Assembly: GCA_951406725.2 (NCBI GenBank)
Contig: OX597832.1
Location: 71,052,001-71,116,000 of the forward strand
Source: Octopus vulgaris
Lineage: Eukaryota
Length of the DNA stretch: 64,000 nucleotides
Reading direction: 5' to 3'
Below, one piece after another: positions 1-12,955 of the stretch. The notes under the pieces are model-generated. The model did not search any database. It was not told the DNA's origin and saw only the letters and a program-made list of their open reading frames with translations. How positions within the stretch are numbered: the stretch's first letter is position 1; the number at the start of each line of letters is the position of its first letter. Both the position numbers and the translations under genes were made by a program.

Positions 1-202
1 TGGCTGTTTAGGGTGTAAGATCACAAGACCAAGACCAAGCAGACAATCTGAATGTTCAAATTCTTCGTTTCCCTTATTATTATATATATTATATATATTG
101 TTGTATTTCAGGATAGCCATTTTCTTTTGCCAAATAAACACACGCACTATATATTTGCCCTTCACTTGTTTTATTACTGTTCTTATTTTAACTCATGTCC
201 AT

Positions 203-248
203 TGTTCGGAAATCTTTCGTCACACAACTGTGATCTCTTCAGCAACAC
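203..248 (-). ncRNA. Type I hammerhead ribozyme-like motif, stem I degenerate
   Basis: Minus strand: gtgttg-CTGAAGA-gatcaca gttg tgtgac-GAAA-gatt-TC-cgaaca. The core boxes are intact; stem III and stem I are imperfect. Confidence 0.6.
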
Positions 249-319
249 TTTTCGTTTTCATGTGTACTTTTGCTGGAGTAATGAAGTAGGTGGAGCAAGA
301 GCACACACGAAAACAAAAA

Positions 320-366
320 GTGTCTGTGAAGAGGTCACAGATGCATGACAAAAGATTTCCGGACAC
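320..366 (+). ncRNA. Type I hammerhead ribozyme-like motif, core degenerate
   Basis: gtgtctg-[C]TGAAGA-ggtca cagatgca tgac-aAAA-gatt-TC-cggacac. Stem I pairs over 7 bp (gtgtctg/cggacac), but C3 is missing and GAAA reads AAAA. Confidence 0.55.
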
Positions 367-2569
367 TGGACATGAGTTAGAATAAGAACAGTGATAAAAC
401 GAGTGAAGGACAAATATATAATGCATGTGCTTATTTGGCAAAAACTTTTTAAATGATCATTAGTCTGGTTATAAGTATACACTCAAACCAACACTGACCG
501 GTATCTTTAGCTACGTTAGTTAATGTCAAAGCCACAATCTGGAGAAGCTAACATTTTCAAGCAACGAAAGAGACCAGCTAACATGAACGAGCTTTACTGA
601 AACAATAAAAATATGCAAGATTTTATTAAATTGTGATATGTAAGCGTTATCGTTGTTGTCAGCCCAACTCTAATGATGGAGCTTTCGTTTCTTAGTTGAA
701 AATCAGCTCCCTCACTCCAGAAAGAATGCTAAAAACTATGAAAAGAATAAAGATCTATACACACACACACACATTTAAATACGCACACACGTATGTATGT
801 ATATATGTACACACATTAAATAAGCAAGGATTACACACCATGGAATGGGGTTCAATACATCAGTAATGATCTTCATACTCACAAGTTCGGATTCTGTAAT
901 CCCTGTTTATCAATTAACCTGAATGTGTTTGAGCATTTAAGTGTTTATTTATCTGAAAGCCTGTAAATGTGCTTCACTTTTCACTTTATGCTTCCTCAGA
1001 TGGATGTGTATATTAATTTCTACATCAACTGGGACTGCGAGTTAACGTTTGCTAAGTGTATTTATAAAAGGTCTTTCTGATTTTCTTACTAATTAAGCAC
1101 TCTGGAAAAGCTATTGATCTTCAGCCATTAAACCATTACATTGGAAAGGCATAAGAAAACATCAATTAATCTCTAAAGGCCTACAAATGCGTAGATACCT
1201 CCTTAAAAACATTAACGACATCCCAGTACAACATGCAATCCCAATAAGGAGTAACAGAACATCGTAATAAGATACACATTTCAGTTTTCCTTTTAATTTT
1301 TTAATACTTTCTCTCTTCAAATAGTATTTTGTGCGTTATTAATAAATGAAACGAGACCTAATTTCTGTAATAACTTATCACATAACAAACAGAATCTCTG
1401 ACGACATTCCAGGAGTTGAAACACAAAATACCAATTACACAATTTGGTGGGGGGTTCATATGTTTTCTTTTCTCTTCAAATTATACACTGTATTTAATTG
1501 GTTAAAGTAACCACCCTTAATAAATACACACAACAGCTGCTAGGTTGCAGCATCACAAGACATCTAAATGGATATGCATGTGCAGTGAATAAACACACAG
1601 TAACCCATTAAAGTAAACATGTACACACCTACATATACGGAACCATTCGATTAAATAGGTAAAGATACAGACATAAGCATTCCGATGCTAAACAGGTGAA
1701 ACGATCAAAGAGACAGGCAAAAATCTACAAACAGGCGTTTATGTGCGCACGTAAAAACTAACACACACGAGGGGAAATAATATGAATGCAAAACAAAAAA
1801 GAACGAATGCCTCATTTTTTTTTAAAAGCAAAACAAGAAATTAAGAAGGATTTAACCTGAAGAGTCAAATTATGGCAAAACTAATCGTATTTCTAACAGT
1901 ATGAAGGAATATCCAATTATTAGGTATGTGTGTGAATGTGCGTGTATGCATGTATTTATTGTTCTCTTCAGTCTATGATTGAGAGTTATTGTGCTTGAAA
2001 TTCATATTATATGTGTGTATGCATATATGCATATGTACATACGTGCGTTCATACATACATGTATACATACGTGTGTGCATGTGTGTGTGTGTGTCAATTG
2101 TATATTTCAGAAACTGTTCCTCTTGCCATAAATGACAGAATACATACATACATTCTGCCATTTATAGGGGCGAAGAGTATGCAACGCAGTCACTGCATGC
2201 CTTACTTCTTTTTTCTAGAATAAATAACTTTTGTGTCATATAAAATTAATTATTCGTAATTATCACTAACCTCATTGTAGTTGCGATATATTTTTGTATT
2301 TCCCATTCCTTTATTTCTTGGTATAAATTAAAAACAATTGATATTATTTAAGAAATATATGTAGGGGAAGCTGATGTTTGCTTAGCGAGAAAAGAAGGAA
2401 AGGCAATGAATGGCTTTCCTGTTCTATTCCCACTGAGCAAGGAGTGTGAAAGAAGAAACAAAATGGGTGGGAGATCAAAGAGAGAAACAGAGAAGTTTTA
2501 AAGGTTTGAGACTGTCAACGGCTAATATCAACAAATTTTGAGTTTATTTTGGCTGGAGTTTACCCACCT

Positions 2570-3320
2570 CAAGTTGTTTGCATGTAATTACTTTGTACTT
2601 AAAATTAGAGTGTACTTTAAGCCTAAGCTTGGCTCAGAGTAACCAATGATCAATCCAGCACTCAGCACTTCTCACGACTTACAGTTTTCATATCCTGCAG
2701 ATCATTTTTACTAGTGATAATAAGCCAGTGTATTGAACGTGAGTGCATCTATGAGCGTTTGTACTCATCTATTTGACAAAAGTAAGTGTTGCCTATGGCC
2801 AGGTTATATTCATTGCATAACTGCAGGAGATGCAGTCTGTTATTGTTAGTTTTACCAAGACCATGTTTATCCAGGCTATAACAAATATCATGTTCAGTTC
2901 TAATTTTATCATTAAAGTCTCCCATTACAAATATCTTGTCTTCCTTGTGAGTACCAGATAACAACTTTCTCAGATCAGCATAGATTAGTAAAACGTTATC
3001 CTCTCATTGTGGGACCCTCTGACAATAGAGTCATGTCTTCATCCAATGGTACCAAAAAGTAGTTCTTTGAGCTTCTCAACTAATTTCGTCTCCATAACAA
3101 ATCCTACTCCACACTCTCTCTCTCTCTTCTCTTCTCTTTCATTTTCTCTTTCTATGCATAACCTGTAATGACTCTGATGATCAGCCCTTCGTTAGCATAT
3201 GTTTCTGAAAGTGCTGTATTAACAATGGCATATCTCCCTAAATCCTCTGCTAAAACAACAGCTCTTCTTTCCAGTCCATTTTCACTTCCAGACTCAAGTA
3301 AGGTGCGAATATTCCATTAT
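2570..3320 (-). mobile_element. Degenerate RTE-clade LINE fragment (AP endonuclease domain)
   Basis: Minus-strand translation gives WNIRTLLES...ALSET and DKIFVMGDFN...HGLGKTNNNRLHLLQLCNEYNLAIGNTYF (ORF 2749..2964), with stops and frameshifts. Confidence 0.85.
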
Positions 3321-4107
3321 TTTAAGAATTACCATTCCTACATTAATACACTTCTGCCACTATGATCAGTGTGGTCTTAATAATTTCTGTAAAAGCAGCA
3401 ATGACTTAAGAGAGGACGATCTGTTCAGATTGTTTAAACCCTTGTTTAAAAGTTTGTGGACAAAGGATGTTTGACTATAAGCGAATTATGGAGGTTGACT
3501 TAATCTCAACGATGGGATTAATCCTTTCTTCATCCATTTCATTGTTAAGAGATTTTGTTTTAAAAAGGATTCTCCGTGTATCGATATTTAAGTCATCTGG
3601 ATTTCTTTTCCGGGATTTTTGACTTCTTGTAAATATTCTCTTCTTTGTTTCATAAATATTCCCAACCGTATTTGTTTTGTTTTCTTAATTTCTCTCCAAC
3701 CACCAACACCACCACCACCACCGTTTGTTCTCTTAAAATATTCAAAATATTTCTTTAGTATTTATTTTGTTCAATCTTCAACATTCTGATTTATTAATAC
3801 AGTGTCCCCTGATCATAAACATTAATATTTAAATTAGATTCATGACAAACTGCCCAAATATTGTGATAAAACTATTTGTTTTAAAAGACGATTCAAATCT
3901 ATTTTTCTTTAGCATTCGAATAGAGGTGGACTTGCATTATTTCATGCTGATCCTATTCCCAGGCTTAATCTTACATTACATCGAACCTCATGTAATTCTA
4001 TATTCTTTCAGCACATCCTCATCAACTTTTAATTGTTGAATGTTATATAAATTATACACAATATTTATATGATTCATCAATAGCTGTATACATGCACATC
4101 CTCAAGT

Positions 4108-4679
4108 GACCAGAGTGAAAGCATTGCGTGTGTGTGTGTGTGCAAATGAGTGTGCAGACAAAAGAAAGTCGCATTCAACACATCTGATAGGAGTTGCATG
4201 TATTATTTAATGACAGTTTCACTCAACTCTATGGCATTAAAGCTTCGTGGACTCGTAGAATGAACCTAGTTTGTCAGGCATTTGGAGATCAAGTAACAGG
4301 AAATGTGACAAATTTGAGATGACTTCTAGATATTACACCTCTATTGGTCAATCACAGATATATATGTGTACACACACACACATAAGATCAGAAGTGATGT
4401 CGCTTCCAGATCTCCATGTGATCTGAGTTGACCAATGGAGGTCTAATATCTAGAAGTCATCTCAAATTTGTCACATTTCCTGTTACTTGATCTCCAAATG
4501 CCTGACAAACTAGGTTCATTCTACGAGTCCACGAAGCTTTAATGCCATAGAGTTGAGTGAAACTGTCATTAAATAATACATGCAACTCCTATCAGATGTA
4601 TTGAATGCGACTTTCTTTTGTCTGCACGCTCATTTGCATGCGCGCACACACACACTCACGCAATGCTTTCACCCTGGTC
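4108..4679. repeat. Near-perfect foldback inverted repeat (~250 bp arms, ~60 bp loop)
   Basis: 4108-~4359 is the reverse complement of ~4420-4679, with a long uninterrupted match through gaaagtcgcattcaa...ttctagatatta. Confidence 0.95.
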
Positions 4680-4719
4680 TCTGTATCTCTGCTGAAGAGT
4701 CTTACAGTCTGTTTAAGGA

Positions 4720-4975
4720 ATCTATCTCTTTTTCATTCTTCCTAAAAAGCTTCAGATCATCCATGTAGAGCCAATGGTTAATTTTTCTATTACCATTTTT
4801 GAACTGGTACCCTGCTTTTGCCTTCCTTAATACTAAACTGAGGGGGATCAGTCATAGAACAAATATTAAAGGGAACAACGAGTCCCCCTGGAACATTCCT
4901 TTTTTGATATTAACTTTCCCTAAGAGTGTGTCACCTGAGTAGAGATCTACTTTCCATTTCTTCATAATAAAGCTA
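4720..4975 (-). mobile_element. R4/Dong/NeSL-like non-LTR reverse transcriptase fragment
   Basis: Minus strand reads KKGMFQGDSLFPLIFVL*LIPLSLVLRKAKAGYQFKNGNRKINHWLYMDDLKLF, with the QGDSL.P and YMDD motifs typical of REL-endonuclease clades. Confidence 0.8.
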
Positions 4976-6100
4976 ATTACGTTGTCTGCAATACTGAATA
5001 TATATATAAACATGCACGCACACACTTAAATAGATATGTATCTCTATGTACATAGATGTATATATAGATGTGGGGGGAGGGTAAAGGGGAAAGAGTGGGG
5101 AGAGAAAAACAAAACACACAGGGATAGCAGTCGTGAAATTTGAGAAACAAAACAGAAACCAGTGATAAAAGTGCAAGTGTAGTAGTAGAGTACATGATAT
5201 TTTTTTGAGTCCCCTGACTGGTGAGAAGGAGAAGGAATGTTACCTTCAACCAGAGATTTGTCTCAAATGTTTGCAATAAACATGATTTTGCTAAAGGCAC
5301 GATGAAGACCTGTAGGAGGTATTAACAGAGACGATGGAATCATTCTGTTAACTAATAATAGAAATGCCTCTTCTGTCAAGCTGCCACAAGATTGCGTTAA
5401 TCAAATTTCCCTCATACGGGTTTCCTTTGACCCAAATCAATGGTAAATGTCATTTTGCTAACTGTTCTATTTTGTGGGATTGAAGCAGAAAGCACGAAGC
5501 TGAGAAAAGAACTTAACAACGGAGACCAAGTATGGCTTTACCAGTTTTATCGTGCTTAAGCAGCAAGAACTGTGTCACTCATTCTATCCAAATCGTGATT
5601 TCACGTTGTTATGATCTTCAGTTCTGTGTTTTCTTCTGTACATTTGCTATTTCTCTGTGTGTTTAGTTTGACAGGGCCTAAGCTGTTGGTCAGAGAAACT
5701 TGTGCAAGTATTTCATTTACATTATCCAAGACATGAATACCTTAAATCAAACCGCATAATCTCAATAGAAAGACGCTAAATTGAGAATCGCAATTTCGTG
5801 GCTGCAGTTTTTCAAAACTTACTTCACAAATCAGTAAAGATGTGGTGGAAGATTTGATTGTAAGTCATGAGACCAAACTGCAGCGAAGTCCTGCTCGGTG
5901 ATTCGTTGCAATTGTGTTGCTGTTGTTGCTGTTGTTGTTTTTGTTTTTATCTTTGTTGTCGTTGATGATGATGATGATGATGATGATAATGATAATCATC
6001 ATCATCATCATCATATAGTTTTCATTCCTAAGATTATCATTCGCACACATTTTTCAGAGTACTGCACCAAAGTACTCACACATATACATATATCTACACA

Positions 6101-6185
<85 letters not shown>

Positions 6186-6743
6186 TGCTAATAACCAAAT
6201 AGATTTCCTGAAAAACCAAAATCTCTGGTACATGTTATGGCGGTATTAACAGTAGAGTCGTATTATTTATTATATCTGAAGTAGCTTAAACTGGGTCTGA
6301 AAAAAACCGATGGGGGTTGAACGGAAGAATCTCTAACATCCCCCTTCTCCACCCCTACTCCCCCCACACACCTCAGTGTATGCATTCAATATTTCATCAA
6401 TGTTAATACCTCCTACCACCAGCAAATTCCTATTTGCGTAGAGGAAAAAAACAGGAATTATGTAGTAACTGTCAAATAAAAATGGTTTTGTGATAGCCAC
6501 ATACAGTGGCACGCACACACACAAACACACACACACACAAACACACACACACACTAAATTATTGTCACACATACAAAATTAGGTCCACGCATCTAGAATT
6601 AGACACAGTAAAGAAAATATATAACTTCAAGCATGAACATATGAATGGATTTCCGGCGGTTTCGACAATGATTATTCATGCAAACACACTATATATAGTG
6701 TCACATACATATGACCACACACACACACACAAACATGCATATG

Positions 6744-6812
<69 letters not shown>

Positions 6813-6984
6813 ATACACTCACGCGCAAACACACTCGCATATACATGCACACAGACCTACACGCATACACACGGACACAGATATATTCAAGTAGACACAC
6901 AAAAGCACATTTGAGCATAGCAACCTGTTGTTATTGATTTATTTACATGTTGAGATAATAGAATTGATATAACATAGCAGGAGA

Positions 6985-7056
6985 TGTGTGTGTGCAGGGG
7001 TGTGCCTGTGTGTGTGTGTGCAGGGGTGTGCCTGTGTGTGTGTGTGCAGGGGTGTG

Positions 7057-7088
<32 letters not shown>
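6985..7088. repeat. Short tandem repeat (~24 bp unit, (gt)n-caggggtgtgcct, x3) within a GT microsatellite
   Basis: Three copies of gcaggggtgtgcctgtgtgtg are directly visible. Confidence 0.85.
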
Positions 7089-7093
<5 letters not shown>

Positions 7094-7594
7094 AAATTTG
7101 TATGTTTGTGCATGCATGTTTTACCTATGTAATTGTGAATGAAAGATGTATGCGTATGTATATGTGTGCATGTATATGTGTATGTGTCTGTACATTGGGA
7201 GTTTGGGAGTTACTAGCTATTGCAAAGAAAAATGTCAAAAGGAATGGAACATTGAGTAATTATTAAATACTTAATTTTTTTTAAATTCCGGTTCACAATA
7301 TTCCGTTATTGTGTCCTTCTGAATTCCATTCTCCTTTCATTCCACTTACCTCAGATGGGTCTGGCTGATGGAAGGAAAACTGCTCACTGTTGGCTTCTTT
7401 TCTTATCGATGTCGTTTTGCTCTAATACTTCATTTTTATCTGAGGATATTCAAAGGATATTTTAATGATCACATAAACATGTGGAACAGGAAGTCATGAA
7501 ATGCTAAACTAAACTGGTATCAACGTTTAAGCATTTACTCAGATATTTAGTTCTCTTTTACTCGTAGTTTAACCATGGAGATAATGATATATAG

Positions 7595-7805
7595 GACGCC
7601 ATGATAGATCGTAGCTCCTACACGCATTTTTTTTCTCTCCTTGTTTCTCTCCTTGTTTTTTCTGTGTATCTTTCTGTCGAAGAGCGTAGGCTCGAAACGT
7701 AAAAGACTTTTTCTATTTCTATTCCTCAGCGCTATACTAATACACTTGTTTGTTTGTACTCCACCTGCCTTCGTCTTTTGTTTATTTTCGTAAACTTTCC
7801 CGTTA
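7595..7805 (+). mobile_element. Solo Penelope-like pseudo-LTR / 3' terminal fragment
   Basis: Closely similar to 59740-59990, which lies directly downstream of a PLE GIY-YIG ORF. Shorter pieces of the same end occur at ~12478-12525 (-) and ~45950-45990. Confidence 0.75.
7669..7706 (+). ncRNA. Minimal hammerhead-like motif (A6U core variant)
   Basis: tcttt-CTGtCGA-a-gagc gtag gctc-GAAA-cg-TA-aaaga: stem I tcttt/aaaga, stem II gagc/gctc, palindromic mini stem III ACGU. Confidence 0.6.
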
Positions 7806-8179
7806 TATATATATACGTTTATATATTTGTTGTGCAAGATTTTTTTTATGTGAAGTCGTATGTTGAAACAGATATTGCTAAGGAAAAAAAAATTTTTTAA
7901 GCGATTATCTCCCTTACACCGGAAGAAATCACTCACTACTTTCCCTTATTTAGAACTCTCCGTAGCAAAAATACAAGGATTACGTTATTAAAAATAAACA
8001 TTAAGTCACAAGAAATTTGAAGAGCTAACTGCGAAACCGGTATTTCTTTAAAAATTATAAAATTATGTCATTTTAAGGAGGGAAAAAAATTTTCCAATAT
8101 TCTCCAGACATTTTGACGCAAATATATATATTTTTTAACATTTAAGCCTTCTGTCGTTTTTTCACTCTTTTTCTATTTT

Positions 8180-8234
<55 letters not shown>

Positions 8235-8399
8235 TTATATAAATGTATATATATATGTATGTATATATATATGTATATATATGTATATATATATATATAT
8301 GTATGAATTTTTTTAAAGTGAGGAAAGGCTGTGCACTGAGTCAGTCCCACTCACTAAGCAACAACAGCCAAATCCGAAAAGAAGAACAAGTCAACATCA

Positions 8400-11300
8400 T
8401 CGGTAACCACTGAGCCGCAGGTTTTATATCGGAGTTATCCCTGTTACCTGAGTTACCTTCTCCTAGAAGGATGCCCTAACAAAGGCTAGGAGTCCTTCAA
8501 TCCCAATAGTTTAACTGCGCGATCGGGTATTCAGTCCGATTATTTCTATGTCCCCGCGCATGATATACCATTAAGACATTTATTGGATGGCCGTTGACTC
8601 TCAAGAGTTCCTCCGCCCTTTGACGGGTTTTGTTTTTCATCCCACAGGGTGTCCAATAAACACCCTCCTCACCAAGCGAGCTTGGTGGGGTTGCCGGTTT
8701 AGTCGCCGACGACCCGACCATGCAACAGGTTGTACTGGGTTATATGTTACCAGTAGCACTCGAAAGTGACCTGACACAAAAAAAATCTTCTTGCACAGGC
8801 ATTGCACGATAACAACATTGATTGATTAATTAAATTGATTAACTAATTCATGATTGTTGATGGCGCTGTGAGTCTTAACTGAATGGCTGGCTGTAGCCTT
8901 AAAAAGCAAAAAATCAATGATGTACCAAAACAGTATAAAAATAAATGGCAGTAAGGACTCTGGAACCACATCAGCTGAAAGAGTCTGGCCCGGTAGGGGC
9001 TCCAGAGCATCACAGTCTGAAGCCGGCGGTCATCATCCTACTGTGATAGAACCAAAGAAAATATTGAATGTTGGCTGTTGGAATGTACGGACACTGCTTG
9101 ACCGCAAGTTCTCTGAATGTCCTGTGATGATTTTGACATCGTTGCTTTATCTGAGACGAGATTACCTGGAGATGGTCATCTTACAGAATTTTGTGGAAAA
9201 TATACATTCTTTTGGAAAGGGACGAATGAAGAGTTTAGAGGAGAAGCTGGAGTGGCATTTGCTATTAAGACTACTCTTGTGGACAAGTTGGAAGAATTCC
9301 CAATCGGAATTAATGAGCATCTTATGTCCATGAGATTTCCTTTGGTTAAAGGAAATTATATGACCTTGGTGAGTGTGTATGCTCCAACTATATGCTATAC
9401 TGATGACGAAAAACTTTCTTTCTACCATGCTTTGAAGGGTATTACAAGAAATATCCTTCGGGCAGACAAAGTCATCGTACTGGGTGACTTTAATGCTAGA
9501 GTGGGTAGGGATTTTAACACATGAACTGTAATTGGAAAGCATGGGGTGGGGAAGTGTAATAGTAATGCATGCTTTTGCTGCAGATGTGTGAGGAGCTGCG
9601 TTTGTGTGTTACCAATACCATGTTTCAACAAAAGAATAAGTCTAAGACTACATGGATGCACCCTGCATCTAAAGAATGACATATTCTGGATTACATCCTT
9701 GTTAGGGTGCGTGACAGACAGGATGTGCAGTGTGTTCATGTTCTTCGTGGAGCTGAGTGTTGGACTGACCACCGCCTAGTACGTGCAAAAGTGAAATTAG
9801 TCACAAAACATAAAATCCGAGCTGCAGGGATTACCCTGCCTAAAAGACTGAATGTTGATCGTCTTAGGTGTAATAGTGTGAAGAGAACTTTACGAGAGGA
9901 AATGAATGCTGCAGATATTGGGGAGGATTGGCCGACCCTTAAAAAGTCAGTTTATGATATAGGCAAGAAAGTTCTTGGATTGATACATCAAGATTGGTTT
10001 AAAGAAAATTATGAACATATAGATGATTTATTGGCTGAAAAAAGACGTACTTTGTCACGCTATTTGTCAGCAAAGCCACAGGAAAGGGAAGTGTTGCATA
10101 GGGAACTCAAGGACGTAAAATCACGTGTGAGGAAAAGGCTCTCTCAGATGAGGGATACGTGGTGGAGTAAGAAGGCTGATGAGATACAGGCAGCATCAGA
10201 TTCCAATAACACAAAGCTGTTGTATGGTCTCTTGCGAGAAGTTTATGGACCGACGTCCTCCCTGATGACACCACTTTGAAGCAGGAATGGTAAAGAACTT
10301 CGTGATTCACAAGGAATTCTGCGAAGGTGACAAGAACACTTTGATGAACTTTTGAATCAGCAGTCTGTAGTTAGTGAGGATGTTCTCAATCTCATCCCTG
10401 GATTATCTGTGAAGGCAGAACTCGCGGAACCACCGAAGTTGGAAGAAGTTGCGATGGCTGTCTCAAGGCTGAATAATGGGAAGTCTCCGGGTATGGATGG
10501 CATACATGCGGAGCTGTTACAGCATGGTGGTGAGAAACTTCTGCAGAAACTTCACTCTTTGTTTGGTAAGATATGGACTAATGAATCTATACCTGAGGAC
10601 TGGAGAGATGCAGTAATGGTGGTCCTGTATAAGGAAAAGGGCAACAGGAATGACTGTGGTAATTATAGGGGAGTATCATTACTGTCTGTCGTAGGAAAGG
10701 TTTTATGCAGGGTACATCTGGATCATCTGCTGAAATATGTTGCCAATTGTGTTCTTCCAGAAAGTCAATCTGGCTTTCGTATAGGACGTGGCACTGCTGA
10801 TATGATCTTTTCAGCTAGACAGCTTCAGGAGAAGTGTGTAGAACAGGGTCTGGATTTGTATCAAGTTTTTGTCGATCTGACAAAAGCCTCTGATACCGTC
10901 AATAGAAAAGCATTGTGGAAAGTCCTCCAGAAACTTGGGTGTCATGAAAAGTTCCTTGCTTTGGTTAGGTCTTTTCATGAAGACATGAATGGTAGGGTGA
11001 ATGTTAGAGGGAAAATGTCGGAGCCCATTTCAGTACAAAATGGAGTGAAACAGGGGGATATTCTGGCACCGACCCTATTTGCTATATATTTTGCGATGGT
11101 GTTCTGTATTGCATTCAGAAACTGCAGATACGGTGTTTACGTCCATTATCGAACCTTTGGCAGCATATTTAATATCAGGCGCCTTGCTGCAAAAACAAAG
11201 GTATTTACCTCTATCATAAGATACCTTTTGTATGCAGATGATTGTGAGCTAGTAGCACACACAGAGATTGATATGCAACACATTTTGAATGCATTCTCTG

Positions 11301-12448
11301 ATGCTTGTACTGCCTTAAGATTGATAGTCAATCTCAGGAAAACTGTTGTCATGCATCAACCTGCCCCTGGTAAGCAGTATAGTGTACCAAATATCTATGT
11401 GTATGGTAAACGACTTGATGTAGTTGATCAGTTTGTCTACCTGGGAAGCACTATTAATAGATATGGCAATTTGGATGTTGAAATTCCATATAGAATTAGG
11501 AAAGCAAGTGTTGCTTTCGGAAGGCTAGAAAAGCGCCTCTGGAGTCGGCGAGACATATGCAGAAAGACAAAGATAAAGGTGTACAAGGCATGTGTGCCCC
11601 TTCTCTTCTCTATGCCTGCGAGATATGGGTCACCTATCGATACCACCTTAAACAACTGGAACGTTTCCATCAGATGTGTCTCAGACGGATCTATGGCATT
11701 AAGTGGAAGGACCGCATCAGTGATCTTGAAATATTGGAAGGCTCTCGGTGTGAAAGTATAGAAGCTCTTGTGTTAAAGCAAAGGCTCAGATGGAGTGGTT
11801 ATCTGGTCAGGATGAAGGATTCAAGGATGCCAAAACAACTCTCTTATGGAGAGTTAGCTAAAGGAGAACGACCTCCACATAAACCAAAAAATAGGTATAA
11901 GGACTTGCTGAAGGCTTCCTTAAGAGATGCTTGCATCTCTCATGATACCTGGGAAGGCATAGCTATTGATCGTAGCAGGTGGAGAAGGATTGTGCACGAG
12001 GGGACAGCCACTTTTGAGAAATCTCGAGTTGCACATGAGAAAGTAAGGAGGGATGTCAGGAAGGGCATCGCTGTTACACTTCCAGATGGGAAGGGTCTGT
12101 GCAAGACCCTGCCTCAGTAAAGCTGGACTCAAGAGTCATCTTCGTTGTCATAAAGCGAGACAGATGAGTGACAACCTTGCCACTGGTGGTGGTGAACACA
12201 TCATACTAATCATATCTGTCGGGCATGTGGAAGAGAGTGTAATTCAGCAGGAGGACTTAAACGACATGCAAAGGTACATGAAGCCCAGTTACAATTACAG
12301 CCGGCTATAACCGGTAAAGGTTTTAGTTGCCAATTCTGTACAAGACATTGTAGATCTTTGACTGGGCTAAAATGTCACATTCGATCACAGCACCAGTAAC
12401 AGTTAAGCCTCGTGCAATGGCCATTCTCGACAACGAGGGGGCAGCCAT
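8400..12448 (+). mobile_element. Near full-length RTE-clade LINE, frameshifted
   Basis: RTE-type 5' UTR motifs (gagttaccttctcctag, ggtttagtcgcc). APE: WNVRTL, ALSETR, SVYAPT, GDFNARVG, WTDHRLV. RT: KSPGMDG, YRGVSLL, QSGFR, FVDLTKA, GVKQGD, YADD. C-terminal C2H2-like fingers, and a 3' stem-loop ggccattctcgacaacgagggggcagccat followed by a simple repeat. Confidence 0.95.
9064..12120 (+). pseudogene. Disrupted APE-RT ORF of the RTE element
   Basis: Split across ORFs 8917..9333, 9117..9524, 9707..10279, 10352..11761 and 11557..12120 by stops and frameshifts. Confidence 0.9.
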
Positions 12449-12755
12449 AATATGTATGTATATGTATGTATGTATATATATAACGGGAAGCTTTATGAAA
12501 ATAGACAAAAGACGAAGGCAGGTTTACGGAAATAAACAAAAGAGGAGACACTGGGTTCACGAGTTCTATTTTTCAACCCTAAGATCCAAATTTTGAACAA
12601 AGTGTAAAAATTTCTGCTAACATAACAAATGCTTCTGCGTGTTACTGAGAAATTTATAGCGTGCGAGAAAAATCTTCTTCGCGATCACGTCTACAAGTGA
12701 TGATTTGCAAGTCTAGTGCGAGTAAAAGTGATTCAGAAAACGATAATAATAATAA

Positions 12756-12955
12756 TATTCCCTTACGGGACTGTCACACTGAGTTGACGGTATATGACCA
12801 CTATAATAATAATATTAGAAATATTAAATTTCTAAATATCTCATAGAGATATGTACGTTGATGGACCGATAGAATGGTTGTATACTGTCAACTTAACGTG
12901 ACAGTCCCAGGGCTAAACAGCGGTGTGTAATTCCCTTACAGGACTGTCACGTTAA
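12756..12955. repeat. Small inverted plus direct repeat cluster flanked by (TAA)n
   Basis: gggactgtcacactgagttgacggtatatgacca (~12768-12800) versus its reverse complement at ~12875-12908, with a direct partial copy ttcccttacaggactgtcacgttaa at ~12931-12955. Confidence 0.75.

Larger units (their letters stand above)
125..444. repeat. Imperfect inverted repeat (~150 bp arms, ~16 bp loop) with a degenerate hammerhead motif in each arm
   Basis: ttttgccaaataaacac...ttttgct (125-~274) is the reverse complement, with mismatches, of agcaagagc...ttatttggcaaaa (~294-444). This is why ORFs 52..348+ and 220..441-, and 98..289+ and 258..482-, resemble each other. Confidence 0.9.

Noticed and set aside
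1394-1425. ctgacga-cattccaggagtt-gaaac hammerhead-like string
   Set aside because: The stem II loop is too short and there is no UH site or stem I partner; it could be chance or a very decayed copy.
8330-9060. HDV-like ribozyme expected in some RTE 5' UTRs
   Set aside because: The nested double pseudoknot could not be identified by eye; a descriptor search is needed.
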